DNA from: Caulobacteraceae bacterium
GTDB lineage: Bacteria; Pseudomonadota; Alphaproteobacteria; Caulobacterales; Caulobacteraceae
Assembly (NCBI GenBank): GCA_036502045.1
Contig: DASXZG010000081.1
Coordinates: 22,599 to 86,598 of the forward strand
Reading direction: 5' to 3'
Length of the DNA: 64,000 nt
Shown here: positions 54,676 through 62,908 of the stretch, piece after piece
How positions within the stretch are numbered: the stretch's first letter is position 1
How the letters are laid out: each line of letters opens with the position of its first letter
Made by a program: the position numbers and the translations under genes
The notes under the pieces: generated by a model
What the model saw: the letters and a program-made list of their open reading frames with translations, nothing else
Told to the model about the DNA's origin: nothing
Databases searched by the model: none

Positions 54676-56106
54676 CTACTCCGCCGCCAGGGCCGCTTCG
54701 CGGGCCGGCCACTCGGCGGGATGCGTGCCCAGCATCACGTTCGGGCGCTGCCAGCGGGCGGGCGTGGCGCTCATGCGGACCGGCGGGCGCAGGTGGCTCA
54801 TCGGCCCGTAGCCGCCGTTGCTGTCGATGATGAAGCCGCGGACCTCATCGCCCTCGAGCTTGGTCGCCGCCGCCACGCGCTCTTCCGGCGCGATGCCCAG
54901 GCTGCGCACCCACATGCCGGTCTGGCAGAGCGAGACCCGCACCAGATAGCTGCCGCCGTAGACCGCCCGACGCTGCAACGCGATCAGGCTGCCGAGCGCC
55001 GCCAGGAACCCCGTCGTGTAGTCGGTGACCGCGCCCGGCTGCAGCTTCGGGCCCTCGGCGCCGCCATGCACGTGCGCCATGCCGGTGACCGTCTGCGCGA
55101 GCTGCTCCCAGCCAGCGCGGCTGCGCCAGGGGCCCTCGTGGCCGTAGCAATTGATCGACGTGTAGACGATGCCGGGCCGCAGCTGCGCGATCTGGGTGGG
55201 GCCGAAGCCCATCCGCTCCATCGCCCCGGTGCGATAGCCCTGCGAGAACACGTCAGCGGTCTTCAGCAGCTCGCGCAGCCGGGTCCGACTGCTTTCATCC
55301 TCCAGATCGAGCCAGGCTGACAACTTGCCGTGGTTGGTGTCCGGCAGGAACCCAGTGGAGGCCGGCAGCTTCGGCGAGGCGAGATAGAGCACGTCGGCGC
55401 CGTATTGGGCGAGCGTGCGGGCGCAGGTCGGGCCGGCGAGCACGCGTGTCATGTCGAGCACGCGAATCCCACTGAGCGGCATGTCGCCAAAGCTCGGCAT
55501 CGGCTCCGGATCGCTGTCGCCGATCTTGATCACTTCCACCACCGGGCGATTGGCCAGCTGCCGCCCCTGCTCGCTGGCGTCCCACTCCTCGGGCGTACGG
55601 ACGACGCCGCAGCAGCCGCGCTCGGCGGCCACCGCGTCCTCGATTTCCTGGGCGGTGCGCGACATGCAGGCGGCGTTGACCGACTCCGCGTCGGGCGTCG
55701 CCTTCAGCGCCCTCAGGATACGCTCCGTACCCGGCGGAAATGAGGGGTGCAGCAGCACATGCCGGCCGTCCTTGGTCGGATGAAAACCCATGACGGCGCT
55801 GCGCACGATGGCCGGATCGCGGGCCGGCGGCGCGCGGGTCTGATCCTCGATGCGCACGAAGGTGTAGCTGGTGAGCGACGCGGCGGCCTCGCGGGTGTTC
55901 ACTTCGACTTCCTGGCTCTCACCAGTGCGCAGCTTCCAGAGATCGGCGGCCACCGCGCCGCCCGCCGCCACCACCGCGCTCACCGCCTCGTCGGCCGCGA
56001 AGCGCGTCGCCAGCACGTGCGGGCCTTCCTTGAACGACACGAAATCGGGCCGCGGGCGTCCGTAGAGCCGCATCAGCTGGCCAAAGGCCTCTTCGGTCAC
56101 AGACAT
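54676..56106 (-). CDS. Family III CoA-transferase (CaiB/BaiF-like, long form)
   Basis: LSGIRVLDMTRVLAGP, ADVFSQGYR, VTDYTTG (catalytic Asp); start trimmed to ATG 56106. Confidence 0.9.
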   Translation of the reverse strand: MSVTEEAFGQLMRLYGRPRPDFVSFKEGPHVLATRFAADEAVSAVVAAGGAVAADLWKLRTGESQEVEVNTREAAASLTSYTFVRIEDQTRAPPARDPAIVRSAVMGFHPTKDGRHVLLHPSFPPGTERILRALKATPDAESVNAACMSRTAQEIEDAVAAERGCCGVVRTPEEWDASEQGRQLANRPVVEVIKIGDSDPEPMPSFGDMPLSGIRVLDMTRVLAGPTCARTLAQYGADVLYLASPKLPASTGFLPDTNHGKLSAWLDLEDESSRTRLRELLKTADVFSQGYRTGAMERMGFGPTQIAQLRPGIVYTSINCYGHEGPWRSRAGWEQLAQTVTGMAHVHGGAEGPKLQPGAVTDYTTGFLAALGSLIALQRRAVYGGSYLVRVSLCQTGMWVRSLGIAPEERVAAATKLEGDEVRGFIIDSNGGYGPMSHLRPPVRMSATPARWQRPNVMLGTHPAEWPAREAALAAE

Positions 56107-56165
56107 CGCGTTCCTCCATCCATGTCGTTGTTTTCCCGCATGATCGCGCAAAGCGCGCGGCGAGC

Positions 56166-56780
56166 CTAGTCGGGATGCGGGCCGCACCAGCCGGGCAGGT
56201 AGCCGGCGTCTTCGCTGCGGGCGAGCGACATGGCCCGCTCCAGCGCCGCGGCGAAGCGGTCCCTGATCAGCTTCGGCTTCACCCGGGTGCGCAGGAAGTC
56301 GGCCCACAGGAACTCACTGAATGGTGTGGTGTCCTTGGCGAAGCCGCCAGCGCGACGCAGCTCGCCCGCCAGGCTGCGGTAGGGATCGTCGGCGAGCTCC
56401 GCGATCCTGGTGGGAATGTCGTCGAAGTCGCGGCGCTTGCCGGCGGCGTCATACGGATGACACCAGGCGCGGTTGTCCATGTAGGTCCAGAACGACGCTT
56501 TGGAGAGGCCGGAGAGGTCGGCCATCACCGTCGCCAGCACCTCCTTCTGCTTCTCCTCGTGCAGGGCCAGCGCCAGATGGTGGTGGTCGACCACATAGTG
56601 CCGCCCCTTCGGCCCCAGCACGGTCGGCACCATGTGGCGGCCGAGGAACTGCGAAGCCTTCTCGCCTGAGCGATCCCGCCACTCGTCGCGCTTGGCCGCC
56701 ACTTCGCGGAAGCCCACGGTGATCTGTGTCGGTCGCAGTTCGGCGATCGAGACGGGTTTGAGGGTCGGCTCGCTGTTCAT
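56166..56780 (-). CDS. ParB/Srx-fold protein (ParBc_2-like)
   Basis: LRPTQITVG, YVVDHHH, DDPYRSLA, PFSEFLWA; no HTH or dimerisation region; start trimmed to ATG 56780. Confidence 0.82.
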   Translation of the reverse strand: MNSEPTLKPVSIAELRPTQITVGFREVAAKRDEWRDRSGEKASQFLGRHMVPTVLGPKGRHYVVDHHHLALALHEEKQKEVLATVMADLSGLSKASFWTYMDNRAWCHPYDAAGKRRDFDDIPTRIAELADDPYRSLAGELRRAGGFAKDTTPFSEFLWADFLRTRVKPKLIRDRFAAALERAMSLARSEDAGYLPGWCGPHPD

Positions 56781-56868
56781 CGCCGCCACGATGGCTCCGG
56801 CGCGGCCAAGCTGCAATCGCCGATCGTGAGCCCTTGCGCCGGGCCACGTCCGGAGCCAACACGCCAGC

Positions 56869-58131
56869 ATGCGCCACCACGCCTTGCTCGCCGCCCTCGC
56901 CGTCGCCGTGATGTCCGCCTGGAGCAGCGTCGCGGCCGCCGCCGATCCAGTTTGGGTGCAGATGACCGGCCGAGGCGCCGAGGCCCGCATCGCCACGTCG
57001 GCGCCCGCCTGTCCCGCCATCCAGATCGACGGCAAGAGCGCGCCGATGACCGAGCGGGGGCCGCCCAGCGGCGATTTCCCGGTGCGGGTCTGTCAGGCAT
57101 CCATTCCGCACGGCGCCAAGTCAGCGTCGATCGACGGCCATCCCTTGCCTCTGCCCATCGCGGCGCCACGCCGCATCGTCATTTTCGGCGACACCGGTTG
57201 CCGGCTGAAAGGCGGCGACGTGCAGAACTGCGATGACCCGGCCCAATGGCCGTTCGCGCAGGTGGCGCGACTGGCCGCGGCCCACCACCCCGACCTGGTG
57301 ATCCACGTCGGCGACTATTACTACCGCGAGAGCGCCTGCCCCGCGGGCCGCGCCGGTTGCGAGGGCAGTCCCTGGGGCGACAACTGGACGACCTGGCAGG
57401 CGGACTTCTTCACCCCCGCCGCGCCGCTGCTGGCCAGCGCGCCCTGGGTGCTGGTGCGCGGCAACCACGAGGACTGCGCCCGCGGCGGCCCCGGCTGGTT
57501 CGCGCTGCTCGATAGCGCGCCGACGCCCGCGGCCTGCCCCGCCACCGCCGCGCCGATGGCGATCGATCTGGGCGGCCTGGACCTCTACATTCTGGACAGC
57601 TCCGGGACCGACGACCGCAGTGCGCCACCGGGCCTCGTCGCCAGCTTCGCCGCCCAACTCGACGTGTTGAAGGCGCATCCGCCCACGGCGCCGGCGTGGA
57701 TCGTCACCCACCGGCCGATCTGGGGGCTGGTGCCCGTAGCGTCGGTCGGTCCCATCGGACCGTTGGAAATCCCCATCAACGCCACCGAGCAGGCTGCGGC
57801 CCGCGAGCGCTCGCTGGCCGGCGTGCAGATGGTCGTCAGCGGCCACATCCACCACTTCGCCGCCATCAGCTTCCACGGGCCGCGCCCCGCGCAGCTGATC
57901 GCCGGGACCGGCGGCGACGTCGGCGAGCCAGCCGACACACCGCGCTTCATCGACGGCGAGGTCGGCATCGACGGCCTGGACGCGCATCGCTTCGGCTTCG
58001 ACCGCTACGGCTTCCTGCTGCTGGAGCGGCAAGGCGCGGGCTGGGTCGGCGACTTCTACGATGTGCGGGACAAGCCCATCGTGCACTGCCGCCTGGCCGG
58101 CCGGGCGCTCAATTGCGCGCCAAATCCCTGA
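56869..58131 (+). CDS. Secreted calcineurin-like metallophosphoesterase
   Basis: Sec signal peptide; IFGDTG, HVGDYYY, VRGNHE, VTHRP, SGHIH motifs. Confidence 0.9.
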   Translation: MRHHALLAALAVAVMSAWSSVAAAADPVWVQMTGRGAEARIATSAPACPAIQIDGKSAPMTERGPPSGDFPVRVCQASIPHGAKSASIDGHPLPLPIAAPRRIVIFGDTGCRLKGGDVQNCDDPAQWPFAQVARLAAAHHPDLVIHVGDYYYRESACPAGRAGCEGSPWGDNWTTWQADFFTPAAPLLASAPWVLVRGNHEDCARGGPGWFALLDSAPTPAACPATAAPMAIDLGGLDLYILDSSGTDDRSAPPGLVASFAAQLDVLKAHPPTAPAWIVTHRPIWGLVPVASVGPIGPLEIPINATEQAAARERSLAGVQMVVSGHIHHFAAISFHGPRPAQLIAGTGGDVGEPADTPRFIDGEVGIDGLDAHRFGFDRYGFLLLERQGAGWVGDFYDVRDKPIVHCRLAGRALNCAPNP

Positions 58132-58243
58132 CGGGCGACCGTTCGATGGCGCGCACCGGAGCAAAATGCGCTAGGCGTCCGCCCCACGCATTGCGGGGAG
58201 CGTCGATGCCCCATCCGGTCACCTTGTCGGGCGGTGAGCGGCC

Positions 58244-59281
58244 GTGATCATCGAGATCGGGCCGCGACCGCTGGTGGCGGCCGCTTTCCCTAGCGAGAGC
58301 CTGTTCTTTTCCACCGAAAGCGCCGGCGCCAGCTTCGACAATGTCGAGATGCTGCGCTCGCTGCCGGCGCTGTGGCGGGCGCTGGGGCGCAGCGACCTGG
58401 AGCTGATCGTCTGTCACCCGAGCTTCTCGGCGCCTTGGAGCACGCGTCACCTGCACCGCTCCATCCTGTCGCGCCGCTTCCTCGCCGGCCGCTCGCCGCT
58501 GTTCCGCGCCATCGGGCCGGAGCTGCTGCGCGCCAAACGCCCGGCGCCGCTGGTGGTGATCGACACCGAGGACCTGCCGGTGATCAACCGCAACAACCTC
58601 TTCCTGCTCGACCGGGCGCTGCTCTACTTCAAGCGCGAGTTGCCCGCGGACCACTGGCGCGTGTTCCTGAAGACCGCTCACGCCAACCTGCCGACGCCGC
58701 GCTGGCGGCTCGGCCGCGCTCACCGCCGCTGGGAAGCCAAGCTGCGGCCGATCTCGCTGGGCTTGCCGGCCGACAGCCTGGGCCTCTTCCCGGAAGTCAC
58801 CATGGACAAGACCGTGGACATCTTCTTTTCCGGCCGCGTGGAGGGCTCCTCCAGCTTGCGCGCCGGCGGCCTGGAGGAAGTGCGCGCGCTGGCCGCGCGG
58901 GGCGCGGTCGTCGACATACCGGCCGCGCATTTGCCTCGCGAGGCGTTCTACCGCCGCTGCGCCGCCGCCTGGCTGGTGTGGTCGCCCGAAGGCTACGGCT
59001 GGGACTGCTTCCGCCACTACGAGGCCGCCGCCTGCGGCTCGGTGGCGCTGATCAACCAGCCGTCCATCGAGCGGCACGCGCCGCTGCTGGCAGGCGAGCA
59101 CGCGGTCTATTACGACCCGGAACCTGGCGGCCTCACCCACGCGGTGATGACCGCGCTCGCCGACCGTGAGCGCCTGCGCGCCATGTCCGACGCCGCCCGC
59201 GCCCACGTGCTGGCGCACCACACGCCGGATGCGCTGGCCCGCTACGTCGTCGAGGAAGCGCGCAAGGCGGCGGCGAGTTAG
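58244..59281 (+). CDS. Putative glycosyltransferase (GT-B-like C-terminus, Glyco_trans_1_2-like)
   Basis: IFFSGR, WSPEGYGWDCFRHYEAAACGSV, GEHAVYY...L.D.E.L..M...AR..VL..HT; the N-terminus is not recognised. Confidence 0.65.
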   Translation: MIIEIGPRPLVAAAFPSESLFFSTESAGASFDNVEMLRSLPALWRALGRSDLELIVCHPSFSAPWSTRHLHRSILSRRFLAGRSPLFRAIGPELLRAKRPAPLVVIDTEDLPVINRNNLFLLDRALLYFKRELPADHWRVFLKTAHANLPTPRWRLGRAHRRWEAKLRPISLGLPADSLGLFPEVTMDKTVDIFFSGRVEGSSSLRAGGLEEVRALAARGAVVDIPAAHLPREAFYRRCAAAWLVWSPEGYGWDCFRHYEAAACGSVALINQPSIERHAPLLAGEHAVYYDPEPGGLTHAVMTALADRERLRAMSDAARAHVLAHHTPDALARYVVEEARKAAAS

Positions 59282-59304
59282 AGTGGCGCGAGGGGGGACG
59301 ACCC

Positions 59305-60132
59305 ATGGACATTGACGCCTATTTCGACCGCATCGGCATGAAGCGCCGGCCGCCGGCGACGCTGGCAGGGCTGACAGCGCTACACCACGCCCATCTGCTG
59401 GCCATTCCTTACGACGGCCTGGACATCCAGCTTGGCCGGCCGGTGACCATTGAGCGGCCGGCGATCTTCGACAAGATCGTCACCCGGCGGCGCGGCGGCT
59501 GGTGCTACGAGATGAACGGCCTCTTCGGCTGGGCGCTGGGCGAACTCGGCTTTGCGGTGACGCGCGCCACCGGCGCGGTGACGGTGAGCGACAACCGCGA
59601 CGCCAATATCGGCAACCACCTGGTGCTGCGCGTCGATCTCGACGAGGGCGCGTATCTTGCGGACGTGGGCCTGAGCCACGGTCCGCGCGACCCCTTCCCG
59701 ATCACGGCGGGCGACTTCGCGTCCGACGGCTTCGCCTACAAGGTGGAGCAGCTGGATGGCCGCTGGTGGCGCTTCCACAACCACAGCCTGGCGAACCCGC
59801 CGGCGTTCGACTTCGACATCAGCCCCGCGGACGAGAGCGTGCTGGCGACCCGCTGCGAGGAGCTGCAGCGCGAATCCTGGTCGCCGTTCGTGCAGAACCT
59901 GATCTGCACCCGCTTCACCGACGACGCGGTGCTGGTGCTGCTGGGCCGCACGCTGACCACGATCAAAGCGAGCGGGAAGACCGAGCATCTCATCGCCAGC
60001 GCCGACGAGCTGGTCAGCGTCCTCAGCACGCGCTTCGGCCTGGACGTGCCCGAAGCGGCTGCGCTGTGGCCGAAGGTTTGCAAGCGGCATGAAGCCATAC
60101 TGGCTCAGCGCGCGGCGGCGGCCGCGAGCTAG
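59305..60132 (+). CDS. Arylamine N-acetyltransferase
   Basis: HLLAIPYDGLD, RRGGWCYEMNGLF (Cys), NHLVL (His), LADVG (Asp). Confidence 0.93.
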   Translation: MDIDAYFDRIGMKRRPPATLAGLTALHHAHLLAIPYDGLDIQLGRPVTIERPAIFDKIVTRRRGGWCYEMNGLFGWALGELGFAVTRATGAVTVSDNRDANIGNHLVLRVDLDEGAYLADVGLSHGPRDPFPITAGDFASDGFAYKVEQLDGRWWRFHNHSLANPPAFDFDISPADESVLATRCEELQRESWSPFVQNLICTRFTDDAVLVLLGRTLTTIKASGKTEHLIASADELVSVLSTRFGLDVPEAAALWPKVCKRHEAILAQRAAAAAS

Positions 60133-61676
60133 GCCGGCGCTGACTGCTTCGCCGGCTCGAAGGTTGTGATCAGCGACTTGCCGTCAGCGCTGGCGACGGT
60201 CACCGACGCGCCCAGCGGCTCTTCGGCAATCATCCGCTTCACCAACGCGGCGTCCTCGACCGCGGCCGCCAGCCGGTCGCCGGTCGGCGTGCGGGCGACG
60301 ATGACGCCGTGCGGCGCAGTCCCTGCGTAGTCGATGGTGTAGGTCTCGACGGTGGCGCGGCCGGAATAGCTCTGGGTGAGCGCTGGGGCCGGCCAGGCGT
60401 CGATCTCGGCCTGCAGCGGCTTCGAGTCGAAGCCGCGCCAGGGCGTCGCCTCGGAGGCGTAGACTCCCACCGAGTACTTCGACAGGAAGCCGCCGTTGGC
60501 GCCGACGACGCCCACCGCGCCCGGCATGGCCCGCAGCGCCCGCACCATGCTGGCGATGGCGTGCATCGAATAGTTGTTCCCCGCCCCGCCGAAGAACGGC
60601 AGCCCGCCGGTCATGGTCAGGCCGCGCGGATCGTCAGGCGCAAGGCCCAGGCCGTCGGTGATGTTGAACACCGCGATGGGGAAGCAGCTGTAGAGATCGA
60701 AAAGATCGACGTCGGCCAGCGCCACGCCGGCGCCGTCCAGCGCCCGCTCGATGGCCTTCACCGAGGCCGGGCTGCGCGACATATCCTGCCGCTCCATCGG
60801 CATGCGCTCTTTCACGTCGGCGCCGCCGGTGAGGAAGATCCAGCGGTCTTCCGGCACGCCCAGCTCGCGCGCCTTGCCCACCGAGGTCAGCAGCACCGCC
60901 GCGCCCTGGTTGGCCTGGTCGCGCGCCACCATGCGGCGCGGGAAAGGATCGGAGGTGAAGCGGTTGTCGGGCGTCACCGTCGCCAAGTCTTCGGCGGTGC
61001 GCGACTCCGGCGACATGGCGTGCGGATTGGCTGCGGCGACGTCGGTGAAGGGGGCAAAGAGCCGACCCATCTCCAGCAGGTAGGCCGGGCGGTCGAGGCC
61101 GAGGCGCGCGCGGCGGGCGTTCTCGAACATCGCGTAGACGTGGATCGGGGTGCGGGCGCCGTGGCTGGGCAGCTCTCGGGTGTTGAGCGGGTCGCCAATG
61201 CCGCGGTCTTCCAGCTGCCCGCCGACGGCCTCGGCCCAGTCGCGGCTCTCGCCCCGCGTCGCCAGCATCCGCACCGTCGAGATGGCTTCCGAGCCCACCA
61301 GCAGCGCCATTTCCGCCTCGCCCCTCGCGATAGCGTGCGCGAACTCGTTGACCAGGTGCTGGGGCCCCTGCCCGCCCACCGGCTCCAGGATGGCCCTGGC
61401 CGGGTCGGCCCCGACGCGGCGACCGACGGCGCGCGCGAAGTTGTCCGCCGCCCCGAACGGCGGCTTGGCGTTGGGGCCGGAGACCTCGAACTGGCGGATC
61501 GCGGCGATCACATCGATGTGGCGGGCGAGATCACGGCCGCCAGCATCGTCGATGGCGGCTTGCGCAGCGCGGCCGGCGAGATCGGCCGGCGACAGCGCGG
61601 CGTAGTCCGGGCTGTCGATCCGCTCCGACGCCTCGCCGACGCCGATCACGATCGGTGTGGAATCCGCGATGTCCAT
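60129..61676 (-). CDS. Thiolase-like acetyl-CoA acetyltransferase family protein with a C-terminal extension
   Basis: TPIVIGVG, RDQANQGAAVLL, DLYSCFPIAV, GGLPFFGGAGNNYSMHA; start trimmed to ATG 61676. Confidence 0.85.
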   Translation of the reverse strand: MDIADSTPIVIGVGEASERIDSPDYAALSPADLAGRAAQAAIDDAGGRDLARHIDVIAAIRQFEVSGPNAKPPFGAADNFARAVGRRVGADPARAILEPVGGQGPQHLVNEFAHAIARGEAEMALLVGSEAISTVRMLATRGESRDWAEAVGGQLEDRGIGDPLNTRELPSHGARTPIHVYAMFENARRARLGLDRPAYLLEMGRLFAPFTDVAAANPHAMSPESRTAEDLATVTPDNRFTSDPFPRRMVARDQANQGAAVLLTSVGKARELGVPEDRWIFLTGGADVKERMPMERQDMSRSPASVKAIERALDGAGVALADVDLFDLYSCFPIAVFNITDGLGLAPDDPRGLTMTGGLPFFGGAGNNYSMHAIASMVRALRAMPGAVGVVGANGGFLSKYSVGVYASEATPWRGFDSKPLQAEIDAWPAPALTQSYSGRATVETYTIDYAGTAPHGVIVARTPTGDRLAAAVEDAALVKRMIAEEPLGASVTVASADGKSLITTFEPAKQSAPA

Positions 61677-61790
61677 CCTGGCGTTCCTCTTCACGACGCG
61701 GCGTCATGCTTGCGCCGCTTTCCACCCCGGCTCTAGGTTTCCAGCAACGACGTCGCCTGTCGATGGTGACGCAGCGGGAGGAGTGGTCGC

Positions 61791-62906
61791 GTGGCGGTGT
61801 TGACGGCCGAAGACCGGGTGCAGCTGACCGACGGCCTCAAGCGGCTGCTGGGCGACCTTTCGAAGGAAAGCGACGTGCGCCGGGCGATGGAGACGCCCGA
61901 AGGCTACGACGCGCCGCTGTGGAAAGAGCTGGCGGACATGGGCGTCGTCGGCCTGATCGTCGACGAGCAATACGGCGGCGTCGGCGCGGGGCCGATCGAG
62001 CTGGAGCTGGTGATGGAGGAAGCCGGCGCGGCGCTGCTCTGCGGCCCGCTGCTGGCAAGCGGGGTGCTGGCGGCGGCGCTGGTGCAGGCGCTGGACGACG
62101 CCGAGGCCAAGAGCCGGCTGCTGCCGCAGATCGCCGACGGCTCGCTGATCGCCACGGCGGCGCTGACCGGCGCCAAGGGCGGCTGGACCGAGACCGATGT
62201 CGCGGTGACCGCAGCGCAAGGCAGCGCGGGCGGCTGGACGCTGGATGGCGTCGCTGGTTTCGTCCTCCACGGCCAGAGCGCAGGCGTGATCCTGGTCGCG
62301 GCGCGCACGCCTGACGGCATCGGCGTCTTCGAGGTCGGCGCGGGCGCGGCCGGTCTGGCCACCAAACCGCTGCCGACTTTCGACCACACGCTGCGTCTTG
62401 CCGAGCTGACCTTCGCCAACACGCCGGCCCGCCGCCTCGCGTCGAACCGCCCGGCCTGGCAGGCGGTGGAGCAGGCGCTGGACCTCGGCCGCGTCGCCCT
62501 GGCCGGCGAGCAGGCCGGCGGCGCGCGCAAGGCGCTGGAGTTCACAGTCGACTACGCCAAGACCCGCGTCCAGTTCGGCCGCCTGATCGGCTCGTTCCAG
62601 GCCATCAAGCACATGGCCTCCGACCTGCTGCTGGAAAGCGAGAGCGCCACCTCCGCCGCCCGCAACGCCGCGCGCCTGCTGGCCGATGGCTCGGTCGATG
62701 CGCCGGCCGCCATCAACCTCGCCGCCTTCGCCTGCGCCGACGCCTTCGCCCAGATCACCGCCACCGCGATCCAGATGCACGGCGGCATCGCCTTCACCTG
62801 GGCCCACCCCGCGCACCTCTACCTGCGCCGCGCCCGCGCCGATGCGCAGCTGCTGGGGGCATCTTCCGTCTACCGCGAGCGCTTCCTCGCCTCGCTGGGA
62901 GCCTGA
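61791..62906 (+). CDS. Acyl-CoA dehydrogenase family protein (likely non-catalytic beta subunit)
   Basis: RVQFGRLIGSFQAIKH, IQMHGGIAFTW; lacks SEPxxGSD and the catalytic Glu (LDLGR). Confidence 0.9.
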   Translation: MAVLTAEDRVQLTDGLKRLLGDLSKESDVRRAMETPEGYDAPLWKELADMGVVGLIVDEQYGGVGAGPIELELVMEEAGAALLCGPLLASGVLAAALVQALDDAEAKSRLLPQIADGSLIATAALTGAKGGWTETDVAVTAAQGSAGGWTLDGVAGFVLHGQSAGVILVAARTPDGIGVFEVGAGAAGLATKPLPTFDHTLRLAELTFANTPARRLASNRPAWQAVEQALDLGRVALAGEQAGGARKALEFTVDYAKTRVQFGRLIGSFQAIKHMASDLLLESESATSAARNAARLLADGSVDAPAAINLAAFACADAFAQITATAIQMHGGIAFTWAHPAHLYLRRARADAQLLGASSVYRERFLASLGA

Positions 62907-62908
62907 CC

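Noticed and set aside
56166-56780. Chromosome or plasmid partition locus (parABS)
   Set aside because: No parA, no HTH domain, and no parS-like palindrome seen.
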